The notes: generated by a model not told the origin, from the sequence alone. DNA of 64,000 nt from Bacillus subtilis subsp. subtilis str. 168 (GCF_000009045.1 NC_000964.3:2046001-2110000), one strand, 5' to 3'; positions 34,355 through 44,454 are shown, counted from the stretch's first letter. Numbers and translations: made by a program.

Positions 34355-35094
34355 CTTTTAATCCGGTAATGGTGTTCCGATATAGGCGAAAAGCCGATTT
34401 TTCCATATAAAGAAACTGCCGCCAGATTTTCTTTCATCACTTGTAAAAACATGCGTTCCGCTCCGTTGTTTTTTGCCCATTCAGTCAACACCCTGATCAC
34501 TTGGGTTCCTGCCCCTTTTCCTCTGTGCTCCTCAGCTACAACGATATTACTAAGTCCGCCATAACCATCAATGACAGAAACCGTGCCAAGCGCTGTCAGG
34601 CTTTCTTTGTCATACATCTTGAAAAAAGTTTTACACGGCGGCATGCGTTCGAATATGTGTTTGTAACCTTTGTGACGCTCGGGTGAAAACCCTTCTAATT
34701 GAATAAATTCATCTATCCAAACAGATGATGGCTCTTGTTCCCACTTGTATGTAAATCGGCTGTTGTCATTTGTTCGGCTCATAATTGACCGGCACAACGC
34801 TGTCATCTGGAAGCACTCGTCTACCTTTTCATAACGGCTGTCTGCCAATGCGTCATCAAGCCCTTTCGGTGATGCGTTGCTAATATGAAAACAAACAGGT
34901 AAGCCTAAACTTTGATAAAAAAGTTCGGCCTCTAGCTGAAAATCCCCTTCAGGCATATCCGCAGACGTCCATACGCTATTTGCCCTTTTGGTTACGCCAA
35001 AATTCGCTCTGAGAAGCCATTTCCCTATGCTTTTTTGAAAATAAGCCGGCCATGAAGCTGCCGCTAATCGTTCAATCTTGCGAATGTCATCCAT
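34351..35094 (-). CDS. yobR: GNAT acetyltransferase
   Basis: VVAEEHRGKGAG and LYGKIGF motifs. Confidence 0.9.
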   Translation of the reverse strand: MDDIRKIERLAAASWPAYFQKSIGKWLLRANFGVTKRANSVWTSADMPEGDFQLEAELFYQSLGLPVCFHISNASPKGLDDALADSRYEKVDECFQMTALCRSIMSRTNDNSRFTYKWEQEPSSVWIDEFIQLEGFSPERHKGYKHIFERMPPCKTFFKMYDKESLTALGTVSVIDGYGGLSNIVVAEEHRGKGAGTQVIRVLTEWAKNNGAERMFLQVMKENLAAVSLYGKIGFSPISEHHYRIKR

Positions 35095-35171
35095 TGCATA
35101 ATGCCTCTCCCCTATGTATACTCCCTTGATATTATACAATATTCAGAAATATAAGACATCCATTTATTTGT

Positions 35172-35756
35172 TTACATAATATTTTTATTGTTTATTAATA
35201 ATCCTGACAAAAATGTCCGAATTGAAAATGACAGGCTTTCTAAAATGTCCTCCTCACGTTCAAATGCTTCTTTTGCGATTAAAACAGTAAAGCCATGCAG
35301 CAGACTTCTGAGCCCCCTTGTCGCATGAATGGCAGTCTTTTCACTTGCATAGCCGTTTTCAATGAGCAGCTTCGTCACAAGACAGACAATTTGGTCAGAG
35401 ACGATTTCCGTCCGTTTGTCGTGAACCTTAAGAAGAGCCGCTTCATAATATCCGGGATTTTCAATTGCAAAATCAACATATGCATGAGCTAAAGAAAGCA
35501 TCGCGGAATCTCCCTTTCGTTCGGTTACGGAGTCCGCCATTTGATCAAAAAGCTTTGTCAGTCCTCTGACAGCAAGTTCTGCTCTGATCGCTTGCAGCCC
35601 GTTGATATGGTTATACAATGACGGGGGGCGAACATTCATTTTTTTAGAAAGTGCAGCAAGTGAGACACCATTTACCCCTTCCTGATCGGCAATCTCTGCT
35701 GCAGCGTCTACAATCATTTTTTGGGTCAAACCTATTCTCGGTGACATGCTCATCAT
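35172..35756 (-). CDS. yobS: TetR-family regulator
   Basis: IVDAAAEIADQEGVNGVSLAALSKKMNVRPPSLYNH. Confidence 0.9.
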   Translation of the reverse strand: MMSMSPRIGLTQKMIVDAAAEIADQEGVNGVSLAALSKKMNVRPPSLYNHINGLQAIRAELAVRGLTKLFDQMADSVTERKGDSAMLSLAHAYVDFAIENPGYYEAALLKVHDKRTEIVSDQIVCLVTKLLIENGYASEKTAIHATRGLRSLLHGFTVLIAKEAFEREEDILESLSFSIRTFLSGLLINNKNIM

Positions 35757-36454
35757 CCTTTCTTTGCTTTTTGGATCGCCTGTCTCATCCGCTCTGAAGG
35801 TGATCGCAGGAATTTTCCATGTCCGACAGCGAGACAGGAAGGCGCCTTATCGGCGAGCAATTGTGCACTTTTGATGGCCTCCTCCTTATTCCATGTGGCG
35901 AAAGCGGGAAAAGGAAACGCCCATTTTATCTGACCTGATACAGCGATTCCTCCGCGCAACTGAAACGCATCTCCTGCTATTAAAGTGCCGTTTCTTGTAT
36001 CAAGAAATGACATGCTGCCCGGTGTATGGCCCGGTGTTGGAATGGCAAGCAGAGAACCAATTGTTTCACCGCCCGTCAGCAGTTGGTGAGGCTTTGTTTG
36101 TATGTGTTTCGGAATACCTCCTTTTATAGGCGTCTGCGGCTCATCTTGCCGCAAAGATGTGTCACCTTGGAGCAAGAATGAATCCCGTTCCGAGATCATG
36201 ACCTTTGCATGCGGAAATGTTTGTGCCAATGTATCCAGTGATCCGACATGGTCCCCATGTGCATGAGTCAGTAAAATATGCTGAAGCGGTTTTCCAAGCT
36301 GATTCACAGCTTGAATAATCCCTTTATAGCTGCCTGGCAGTGCGGCATCAATAAGGGTGACTTCGTTTTCTTCCTCTACTAAATAGCAATTAACCGGAAA
36401 CAATGCTGGAAAAAAAGTCAGCTGCCAAACCGTTTGGTACTGAGTAATTCTCAT
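35753..36454 (-). CDS. yobT: Metallo-beta-lactamase-fold hydrolase
   Basis: THAHGDHVG, TPGHTPG, GD and GHG motifs. Confidence 0.92.
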   Translation of the reverse strand: MRITQYQTVWQLTFFPALFPVNCYLVEEENEVTLIDAALPGSYKGIIQAVNQLGKPLQHILLTHAHGDHVGSLDTLAQTFPHAKVMISERDSFLLQGDTSLRQDEPQTPIKGGIPKHIQTKPHQLLTGGETIGSLLAIPTPGHTPGSMSFLDTRNGTLIAGDAFQLRGGIAVSGQIKWAFPFPAFATWNKEEAIKSAQLLADKAPSCLAVGHGKFLRSPSERMRQAIQKAKKG

Positions 36455-36473
36455 CTTTTTATTCCTCCTAACA

Positions 36474-36523
36474 AAAACTAATGGTGTTAGTTTTATTATT
36501 AACTAACACCATTAGTTTTTCAA
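36474..36523 (-). promoter_or_regulatory. yobT-yobS promoter with two palindromic operators
   Basis: TTGAAA-17-AATAAT. ACTAA-N5-TTAGT palindromes fill the spacer and cover the +1 region. Confidence 0.75.
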
Positions 36524-36530
36524 GAGTTTA

Positions 36531-37013
36531 TTATTTTTTTATCGCTACATAAATGTTAACTTGTGCTCGCTGTGGCACTGCGGCATTTTGATCATACATC
36601 TCAAAGTCACCTGTAAACGTGCGCAGATGCCGCTTATCCCAAGTCCAAATTTCCTTCCACGTTTCAAGCACAATCTCTTCAATAGGACCGATTCTGGAAG
36701 TGAAAACGGCGTAAGCGGAAGCCGGCAAATCAATATTTTCATATGGTCCCGGAAGAATGTCGTCGTATTCCTGAAACGTTCCGACTGAAAACGTATAAAA
36801 CCCATTCGTCTCTTGTTCATAATTCGAATATAAGGCAATAATGCTCTTGTCTTTTTCAGCCTGTGATAAAAGAGCGCTCATATCCTGCTTCCATAATTGA
36901 TCCCACAGTGCCGGAATCCTCCTTTCTTCCGTCATTTCCAGTGCGTTGCTTGTCCGTTGTGATAGTCCGGCAAATCGTTTCAGGTCTAAGTGTGTTATAT
37001 GTGAAAAGCCCAT
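36531..37013 (-). CDS. yobU: GyrI-like effector-binding protein
   Basis: RTSNALE..IPALW, YSNYE, PASAYAVF, W..IW, DFEMYD. Confidence 0.88.
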   Translation of the reverse strand: MGFSHITHLDLKRFAGLSQRTSNALEMTEERRIPALWDQLWKQDMSALLSQAEKDKSIIALYSNYEQETNGFYTFSVGTFQEYDDILPGPYENIDLPASAYAVFTSRIGPIEEIVLETWKEIWTWDKRHLRTFTGDFEMYDQNAAVPQRAQVNIYVAIKK

Positions 37014-37066
37014 ACGATCTCCTCCTTTTTTTAAGATTATAGACAAAGAAACCTGACAGCAGTGTG

Positions 37067-38008
37067 TCAGGTTTCATATATTTTTTGCATGTGATGAATG
37101 GTTTCTTTTACTTTATCCCTTATATGAAGAGGCTGCAGAACCTCAATATCCTTTCCGAACTGGAGCAAAAAACCGATCAGCCATTGATCTTCTGGAAGTG
37201 AAATCACCGCCTGGCAGATTTCATCTTCCTCACAACAGTGAAGGACATCATATCCGAACCATTCACCTATACGCTGACGTGCTGACGGCTGAACAAGAAT
37301 AACCAATTCAGTTAAACGGTCCTTTTGGTACCAACTCTTATCCCATGGCAAAGTGTCCAGCTGAATGTCTTTTCTGATAAATGTCTGATGTAAGATGGCC
37401 AGATCTTTCATCCGGTTCAGTTTAAAAAAGCGAAAATCATTTCTTACCAGGCAGTAGGCATATAAATACCAGTGCCCCGCCTTGCAAACCAATGTATAAG
37501 GTTCAGTTTCCCGAAGTAGTGTTTCCCCGCTTGCGCTTGTATATGTAAAAGATATCGTTAACAACCGATCGATGGCAGCGCTGATTTTCTCGCGCAGCGT
37601 CTTTTGATCCTCAGTATGGCCCCAAGCCGTCATGTCAATAAACCATTTTTCTGTTTGGTGCTTAAATGCTTGAGTAGATTGCTCAGGTATAAGGTGTTTG
37701 ATTTTTTGATAGGCTGTGCTGTGAGAAACGGGTTCATACATAGATGAAACGCTTTGCAAAGCGGAAGCAATTGCAAACAATTCCTCCTCCTTCAGCCACT
37801 CTCTTTCAAGCCGATACGTTTCCATGATGCCAATTCCGCCCCCGGAACCCTGTGAGGTCACAATCGGAATACCAGCCCTATTGATCGTCTCAATATCACG
37901 GTAAATTGTTCTGACAGATACTTCAAACAGCTCAGCAAGCTCTGCAGCCTGCACTTGTTTTTTGCTGATCAATAACACAACCATCGCTAACAAACGTTCC
38001 AGTTTCAT
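37067..38008 (-). CDS. yobV: HTH-WYL transcriptional regulator
   Basis: ELAELFEVSVRTIYRDIE HTH. EPYTL...HWYLYAYC..R.DFRFFKLNR WYL domain. Confidence 0.93.
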   Translation of the reverse strand: MKLERLLAMVVLLISKKQVQAAELAELFEVSVRTIYRDIETINRAGIPIVTSQGSGGGIGIMETYRLEREWLKEEELFAIASALQSVSSMYEPVSHSTAYQKIKHLIPEQSTQAFKHQTEKWFIDMTAWGHTEDQKTLREKISAAIDRLLTISFTYTSASGETLLRETEPYTLVCKAGHWYLYAYCLVRNDFRFFKLNRMKDLAILHQTFIRKDIQLDTLPWDKSWYQKDRLTELVILVQPSARQRIGEWFGYDVLHCCEEDEICQAVISLPEDQWLIGFLLQFGKDIEVLQPLHIRDKVKETIHHMQKIYET

Positions 38009-38213
38009 TCTGCGCACCTTTTCTTCTTGTATTTTCCAACAAAACAATCATAACATTTTGATAAAGCTTGGGCATATCTATTATGCGGCGGAATACACCT
38101 CGCATATGCTATGAAAACAGGGGTTTCCCCTTCTTTTTTGTGTTCAGTATTTATTTCAGCTACTATTTCCGACCGGATAAGCATACACTTCTCAACGGAG
38201 GGGATTTCACATC

Positions 38214-38759
38214 ATGCATCTTACACTTCAGAGCGTTTATCCTGCCATAATCATCATCTTTTTTCTGTATAAAAAAATTAAAAGGTCCATCGGATACCAG
38301 CCGCTGAAGCCCCGCTGGCTGTTCACCCGTATCATTCTTTTCTCGCTGTTTGCTTTTGGACTTTCAATCTTCAGCGCCATTCACCCTTTTTTATATGGAT
38401 ATCTCATTTTGGGCATTCTTGGCGGATGGCTCCTTGTCTTTTTCGCTAAGAAAAACATCTCTTTTGAAAAACGCAGAGGAAAGATCTATTTTCGGACTCA
38501 TATTTGGGTAGAGGTGATTCTCTTAACTTTATTTCTATCAAGATTTCTGTATCGAGTGACGGAGCTTTATCTTACCTCACCTGATCTAAACCGCCTTGGA
38601 TCATACAGTCAGTCAATCGGAACGGACCCTCTGACAATTGGCGTCTGTTTTCTGATAGCCGTTTATTATATCGGTTTTTCTTCTTTTATCATCAAGCTCA
38701 GCAGAAACGAACTTGAACAGCACGAATACAATAAAGAAAAAGACATCCTTGCCCGCTAA
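38214..38759 (+). CDS. yobW: CcdC-like (DUF1453) membrane protein, sporulation
   Basis: Five hydrophobic segments. RBS GGAGGGG. Confidence 0.85.
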   Translation: MHLTLQSVYPAIIIIFFLYKKIKRSIGYQPLKPRWLFTRIILFSLFAFGLSIFSAIHPFLYGYLILGILGGWLLVFFAKKNISFEKRRGKIYFRTHIWVEVILLTLFLSRFLYRVTELYLTSPDLNRLGSYSQSIGTDPLTIGVCFLIAVYYIGFSSFIIKLSRNELEQHEYNKEKDILAR

Positions 38760-38785
38760 CAGCGAGTTAAGCAAGGATGTCTTTT

Positions 38786-39109
38786 TCAATCATGCTGTGT
38801 ATGATGGATCATTTGCTGAAGAACATCTAAAACATGTTCATCCTCCGGAGAGTAATAAATCGATGTTCCTTCTCTGCGCGATTTGACAAGCCGGAGATTT
38901 TTTAAAAATCTAAGCTGGTGGGACACAGTGGATTGCAGTAAATTCAGCTTTTCTGCAATTCCGTTTACTGCATGCTCACCTTGGGACAATAAATGGAGAA
39001 TTCTGATTCGGGTAGGATCTGAAAGCGCTTTGAATGTTTGCGCGACTAGAAACAGCGTCTCCTCGTCCAGATCAGCAGCCGATTGTTCCGTTTCTCTAAA
39101 TTCAGTCAT
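38786..39109 (-). CDS. czrA: ArsR/SmtB zinc-sensing repressor
   Basis: [23 protein letters not shown] and alpha5 DEHV...HTQH metal site. Confidence 0.95.
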
Positions 39110-39302
39110 ATGTATCACCTTTCTTTATTCATAGTTTTATCTTATAACAAATGCGCTTGAGTGCAAACCAGCCTGCTTGTATTCCATTTCAATCTCATAG
39201 TTTAAATTTATGTTTCAAATCAGGTTTTTACTTGGTCTGATATACCCTCTTATGTCATAATAAAAAAGGTCATACTGCTCCAAACATTGAGGGTGAAACA
39301 CA

Positions 39303-39980
39303 GTGAAGAAAAAGAGAAAAGGCTGTTTCGCTGCTGCGGGTTTTATGATGATTTTTGTCTTTGTCATCGCCTCTTTTTTATTGGTCCTGCTTTTTTTCAA
39401 CCGGGATTTAATCAAAAAACTTCCGATCGATACGAAAACGATTGTTTTGGAACGTTTAACCGATTACAAACCCTTGGTGGAAGAAGAGCTTGAAAGCCAA
39501 GGACTCTCTAATTATACATCACTCATATTAGGCATGATGTATCAGGAGTCAAAAGGAAAAGGCAATGATCCCATGCAGTCCTCTGAATCTCTGGGGTTAA
39601 AACGCAATGAGATAACAGACCCTCAACTCAGTGTTAAACAAGGCATCAAGCAATTTACCCTCATGTACAAGACCGGTAAGGAAAAAGGCGTGGATTTGGA
39701 TACCATTATTCAAAGCTACAACATGGGGGCAGGTTACATTGATTTTGTAGCTGAACATGGAGGAACGCATACTGAGGAATTGGCAAAACAATACTCCGAG
39801 CAGCAAGTCAAAAAAAATCCTGATCTGTATACTTGCGGGGGAAATGCGAAAAATTTCCGCTATCCGTATTGCTACGGTGATTATACGTATGCAGAAAAAG
39901 TAAAAGAAAAAACAAAAACTGTTGAAGAATCTTTGCAGGTTGCAACACTTGAAACCATGGAATCCAAGGCTCATGAATAA
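39303..39980 (+). CDS. yocA: Lysozyme-like membrane-anchored protein
   Basis: MMYQESKG, DPMQSSES and QSYNMGAGY motifs. N-terminal TM. Confidence 0.9.
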   Translation: MKKKRKGCFAAAGFMMIFVFVIASFLLVLLFFNRDLIKKLPIDTKTIVLERLTDYKPLVEEELESQGLSNYTSLILGMMYQESKGKGNDPMQSSESLGLKRNEITDPQLSVKQGIKQFTLMYKTGKEKGVDLDTIIQSYNMGAGYIDFVAEHGGTHTEELAKQYSEQQVKKNPDLYTCGGNAKNFRYPYCYGDYTYAEKVKEKTKTVEESLQVATLETMESKAHE

Positions 39981-40069
39981 GAGTCTATCAATTTACTGAC
40001 AAAAGCCCAAAAATGAATTTGGGCTTTTGCCATGTTTACACGTAAAAAAAGCCATACTGAGTATGGCTT

Positions 40070-40606
40070 TTAATAATACGGTGAAATCATCAAATATACA
40101 ATAACGCCTGTAAGGCTTACATACAGCCATAGAGGCATTGTCCATCTCGCAATTTTTTTATGGCGCTCCACCTGCATGCTGAAGCCTCTGATCAGCGTAA
40201 ACAGCGCAAGCGGCACAATAATTGCAGAAAGGCAGATATGTGTAATTAAAATAAAGAAATAAATCGGGCGCATAATACCTTCTCCGCCATAGAGCGTGTT
40301 TTCCGCAATCGAGTGGTACGTCACATAGCAAATCAAAAATAGTAATGTTGTTGTGAACGCAGCCAAAATAAAGCGTTTGTGAGCTTTGATATTTTTCTGT
40401 TTAATCATAATCAGCGCGGCCAATAAGAAGATAAACGTAAAGCTATTGAATATCGCATTCAGCATTGGCAAAATGTGAATATTCGCATGGCTGAACTGAT
40501 CTAATTTAGGCATAAAAAACAGCACTGCGATTAAACCGTTAATCAGAACTGTCAGCGTAAGGACAATCCCCGTGTAATTTTTCGGTTTATTTTCTGTTTG
40601 GTTCAT
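40070..40606 (-). CDS. yozB: DUF420 membrane protein
   Basis: AH..FILAAF, ITHICLS and HKKIARWTMPLWLYVSLTG motifs. Confidence 0.9.
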   Translation of the reverse strand: MNQTENKPKNYTGIVLTLTVLINGLIAVLFFMPKLDQFSHANIHILPMLNAIFNSFTFIFLLAALIMIKQKNIKAHKRFILAAFTTTLLFLICYVTYHSIAENTLYGGEGIMRPIYFFILITHICLSAIIVPLALFTLIRGFSMQVERHKKIARWTMPLWLYVSLTGVIVYLMISPYY

Positions 40607-40742
40607 TTGGTGACCTCTCCTAATTTGTACTGGCTATCCAAATCGTATGCAAATTCAAAGAAGATGTCAACGGTTTCGATTGCTTCGTCAGAAATTAGAC
40701 ACACTTCAAAGGCCGGAGGCTATTAGCCCCGGCCTGTTAGGT

Positions 40743-41525
40743 TTACGCCTCTTTTATCAAATGTTCAATGACCTTATGTTCATTTTCATTCAGCAGGTTC
40801 TTTTGAATTTTCGAATGAATGGGTTTATTCATATGCTGATCCAAGATATCGGCCGTTTCTTTATCCCCGGCAATAACCATTCGTTCCCATCTTTTCGCGG
40901 CAGCTTTTTGATCAAGGCTGGCAGCCAGCCGCTTATACAGTCTCGATTGGTTCTCTGTTACATGTTCCCTCATCCGGTTCTCTTCAAATGGTGGCGCTTT
41001 GTCTACAGCGGAATGGCTATTCTTCCAAGACTCATTGATCATATCATACTCATAACGCTCCACCGCCTCAATTTTTCCTAAAACAGTTTCAATAATTTTC
41101 ACTTCATGCTGCTGAGTTAAAATAAACGCCGTACTTGGGTATGTCTGGCGCAAACCCTTTAGCTGATCCAGGACAGCTGTTTCTTCCCAGTAAAATCTTG
41201 TATCTACAGGGACTTGAAGCTTAATAGGTTCCCATATGCCGCTGTCGGAAACAAAAAACACGAGACTGCGGGGCATGTCTTTTCCCATTGCATTCAAGTA
41301 TTGATTCATTTTAGCCCTGATTCCATCCAGACACTTTTCCTCCTCTGGATCACTAGCTGCCAAATACTCTTTTAATCGGCTGAATCCTGACTTTAGGGCA
41401 ATCTTCCATTCTCCCCCCTGCTGCTCTGGATCTCTCATGTCTGTATTGAGATACAGAGAGAGAATTTTATCCGGCGGTTCCAATTGGACATACTGTAATT
41501 TGTTAATCAATGAATCAATCGCCAT
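40743..41525 (-). CDS. yocB: General stress protein, bacterial aeRF1-like family
   Basis: KILSLYLNTD...WKIALK N-terminus. ATG at 41525 after GGAGG. Confidence 0.8.
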   Translation of the reverse strand: MAIDSLINKLQYVQLEPPDKILSLYLNTDMRDPEQQGGEWKIALKSGFSRLKEYLAASDPEEEKCLDGIRAKMNQYLNAMGKDMPRSLVFFVSDSGIWEPIKLQVPVDTRFYWEETAVLDQLKGLRQTYPSTAFILTQQHEVKIIETVLGKIEAVERYEYDMINESWKNSHSAVDKAPPFEENRMREHVTENQSRLYKRLAASLDQKAAAKRWERMVIAGDKETADILDQHMNKPIHSKIQKNLLNENEHKVIEHLIKEA

Positions 41526-41558
41526 TCCGATTCCTCCTTTTTCACAGGTTAGTTTTCT

Positions 41559-41584
41559 TTTTCCTCTCTTAAAAACGATCAAAC
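41559..41584 (-). promoter_or_regulatory. Sigma-B promoter of yocB
   Basis: GTTTGA-N14-GGAAAA. Confidence 0.65.
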
Positions 41585-41695
41585 CTGACTTTCCGCTAAT
41601 TTCTAGTAATAATGGAATTGTTGTTTACAATACGCCTCTCTTCTAATACAATTGGTAACTGTGTTTCTAAGCTGTTTTTTGAAAGGAGTTTGATC

Positions 41696-42193
41696 TTGTT
41701 TACTGTTAAAGAAAAAAATCGTCAAGAGCTTGAGGAAGAACTAAATGATTTAGAATTTCAAATTTATCGCATGCAGGAGAATATGAAGGATTTATCTAAA
41801 GATGCCAAAGTGCTTGGTATTGATCAATCGAAACATGATGAGTGGATGATTGTTTCCTCGATTGATGATGGCCAAACATGCAAAATTATGCTAACTGATT
41901 GTAAAACGGCATACCGAGGAAAAGGCTGTTTTTCACTTGTAGCGTCTTACAAGGACGATGCCATTCATATAGGGGATATAAAAGGCCCTCCGAATCACGG
42001 GTTTGGCTCCATTTGCATGAAATATTTAAAAGATATTGCAAGAGACCATAATATACCGAAAGTCACCGGAGACATCGCCAAACGGGATTGGAATCATGTA
42101 GACCGGCTGATTCACTTTTATGAAAAACATCACTTCAAAGTATGTATCGATCATGATACCCAATCCGGCAGCATTAAGTGGGTTGATTTGTAA
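41696..42193 (+). CDS. yocC: Conserved protein with GNAT-like fold
   Basis: NHGFGS and LIHFYEKHHF motifs. TTG start after GAAAGGAG. Confidence 0.75.
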   Translation: MFTVKEKNRQELEEELNDLEFQIYRMQENMKDLSKDAKVLGIDQSKHDEWMIVSSIDDGQTCKIMLTDCKTAYRGKGCFSLVASYKDDAIHIGDIKGPPNHGFGSICMKYLKDIARDHNIPKVTGDIAKRDWNHVDRLIHFYEKHHFKVCIDHDTQSGSIKWVDL

Positions 42194-42256
42194 AAAAGTC
42201 TGGAAGAAAGAGCCAAGATATGCTGTAATGGTATAAAACCATTGATGGAGGGTTCT

Positions 42257-43234
42257 ATGTACGCCTCAAAACTGAAAAAGGGAGACGAAATCCGGATCGT
42301 GTCTCCCGCGACCAGCATGTCTATATTATCAAATGAAGCAAAAATCCAAGCAAAAACGGCGTTAGAACGCTTAGGTTATCGGGTAACCATCGCTGAACAC
42401 GCAAATGAATGTAACGAATTTGATTCATCCTCTATCGAGTCAAGAGTCCATGATCTGCACGCTGCCTTTTTTGATCCAGGCGTCAAAGCGATTTTAACGA
42501 CACTCGGAGGGTTTAATTCAAATCAGCTGCTGCGTTATCTTGATTACGAGAAAATCAAACGACATCCAAAAATTCTGTGCGGTTATTCCGATATAACCGC
42601 TCTTTGCAACGCTATTTATCAAAAAACGGGTCTTGTTACGTATTCAGGTCCCCACTTCTCAACATTTGCAATGAAAAAAGGACTCGATTATACAGAGGAG
42701 TATTTTCTTTCTTGCTGCGCTTCAGACGATCCGTTTGAAATTCACCCCTCAAGTGAGTGGAGCGATGATCGCTGGTTTTTGGATCAAGAAAACAGGCGTT
42801 TTTATCCTAATAACGGCCCTGTTGTAATCCAAGAAGGTTATGCGGAAGGTACTTTAATTGGCGGAAACTTATGCACGCTTAATTTGCTGCAGGGAACGGA
42901 GTATTTTCCCGAAACAGAACATACTATTTTATTGATTGAAGATGATTATATGTCAGACATCCATATGTTTGACCGCGATCTGCAATCACTCATCCACCTC
43001 CCCGCTTTTTCACATGTAAAGGCGATTTTGATCGGCAGATTTCAGAAAGCATCAAACGTATCAATAGATCTTGTAAAAGCCATGATCGAAACAAAAAAAG
43101 AATTATCCGGCATCCCGATCATCGCAAATATAAATGCCGGACATACCTCGCCAATTGCCACGTTCCCTATAGGAGGAACATGCAGGATTGAAGCTATTTC
43201 GGGTACATCACGAATATGGATTGATAAACATTAA
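42257..43234 (+). CDS. yocD: S66 LD-carboxypeptidase / MccF-like
   Basis: GGFNS, GYSDIT, GGNL, IED and GHT motifs. Confidence 0.92.
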   Translation: MYASKLKKGDEIRIVSPATSMSILSNEAKIQAKTALERLGYRVTIAEHANECNEFDSSSIESRVHDLHAAFFDPGVKAILTTLGGFNSNQLLRYLDYEKIKRHPKILCGYSDITALCNAIYQKTGLVTYSGPHFSTFAMKKGLDYTEEYFLSCCASDDPFEIHPSSEWSDDRWFLDQENRRFYPNNGPVVIQEGYAEGTLIGGNLCTLNLLQGTEYFPETEHTILLIEDDYMSDIHMFDRDLQSLIHLPAFSHVKAILIGRFQKASNVSIDLVKAMIETKKELSGIPIIANINAGHTSPIATFPIGGTCRIEAISGTSRIWIDKH

Positions 43235-43235
43235 T

Positions 43236-43265
43236 CAGCTTGTAAATTTTTTTACAAGCTTTTTT
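43236..43265 (+). terminator. yocD terminator
   Basis: AGCTTGTAAA-tttt-TTTACAAGCT followed by a T-tract. Confidence 0.65.
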
Positions 43266-43296
43266 AGCGCAATCGGCTATGCATGCCGCACGAGAC

Positions 43297-43336
43297 ATGA
43301 CAAATGTCATATAGGAGGCATGATGTGTGCTACTAC
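43297..43336 (+). promoter_or_regulatory. DesR binding region and des extended -10
   Basis: Palindrome ATGACA-AA-TGTCAT (43297-43310), a further ATGA at 43320, and TG-C-TACTAC at 43331-43336. Confidence 0.65.
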
Positions 43337-43395
43337 AAAAGACTTCTCTCATTAGCGTATACTGAACCGAGACACACAATGAGAGGATACTTACT

Positions 43396-44454
43396 ATGAC
43401 TGAACAAACCATTGCACATAAACAAAAACAGCTGACAAAGCAAGTCGCTGCATTTGCTCAGCCTGAAACAAAAAACAGCCTGATTCAGCTTTTAAACACG
43501 TTTATCCCATTCTTCGGCCTATGGTTTCTTGCTTATCTCAGCCTCGATGTCTCCTATCTTCTTACGTTAGCATTAACGGTGATTGCCGCAGGTTTTCTGA
43601 CAAGAATTTTTATCATCTTCCATGACTGCTGCCATCAATCTTTTTTCAAACAAAAACGCTATAACCACATTCTCGGTTTTCTGACAGGTGTCCTGACTTT
43701 ATTCCCGTATCTTCAATGGCAGCACAGCCATTCGATTCATCATGCAACTAGCAGCAATCTGGATAAACGCGGAACAGGAGACATCTGGATGTTAACAGTA
43801 AACGAATATAAAGCTGCATCCAGACGAACAAAGCTTGCATACAGACTTTATAGAAACCCGTTTATCATGTTTATTCTCGGACCGATTTATGTTTTTCTGA
43901 TCACGAACCGTTTTAACAAAAAAGGCGCAAGACGCAAGGAACGTGTAAACACATACCTTACGAATCTGGCAATTGTCGCGTTGGCTGCCGCTTGCTGTCT
44001 GATCTTTGGCTGGCAATCGTTTTTACTGGTGCAAGGCCCGATATTTCTGATTTCAGGTTCAATCGGTGTTTGGCTGTTTTATGTGCAGCATACCTTTGAA
44101 GATTCTTATTTTGAAGCGGATGAAAACTGGAGCTACGTTCAGGCTGCTGTTGAAGGCAGCTCATTTTATAAACTCCCGAAACTGCTTCAATGGCTAACAG
44201 GCAATATTGGTTACCACCACGTTCATCATTTGAGTCCAAAGGTGCCTAACTATAAGCTTGAAGTTGCTCATGAACATCACGAACCATTAAAAAACGTACC
44301 GACAATCACCTTAAAAACAAGCCTGCAATCACTTGCGTTCCGTCTATGGGATGAAGATAACAAACAGTTTGTGTCATTTCGGGCTATAAAACATATACCT
44401 GTAAGCCTTCCGCCTGATTCACCAGAAAAACAGAAGCTGCGGAAGAATGCCTGA
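43396..44454 (+). CDS. des: Delta5 fatty acid desaturase
   Basis: His boxes HDCCH, HSIHH and HHVHH. Confidence 0.97.
   Translation: MTEQTIAHKQKQLTKQVAAFAQPETKNSLIQLLNTFIPFFGLWFLAYLSLDVSYLLTLALTVIAAGFLTRIFIIFHDCCHQSFFKQKRYNHILGFLTGVLTLFPYLQWQHSHSIHHATSSNLDKRGTGDIWMLTVNEYKAASRRTKLAYRLYRNPFIMFILGPIYVFLITNRFNKKGARRKERVNTYLTNLAIVALAAACCLIFGWQSFLLVQGPIFLISGSIGVWLFYVQHTFEDSYFEADENWSYVQAAVEGSSFYKLPKLLQWLTGNIGYHHVHHLSPKVPNYKLEVAHEHHEPLKNVPTITLKTSLQSLAFRLWDEDNKQFVSFRAIKHIPVSLPPDSPEKQKLRKNA

Noticed and set aside
40647-41081. 144-aa plus-strand ORF
   Set aside because: Antisense shadow of yocB.
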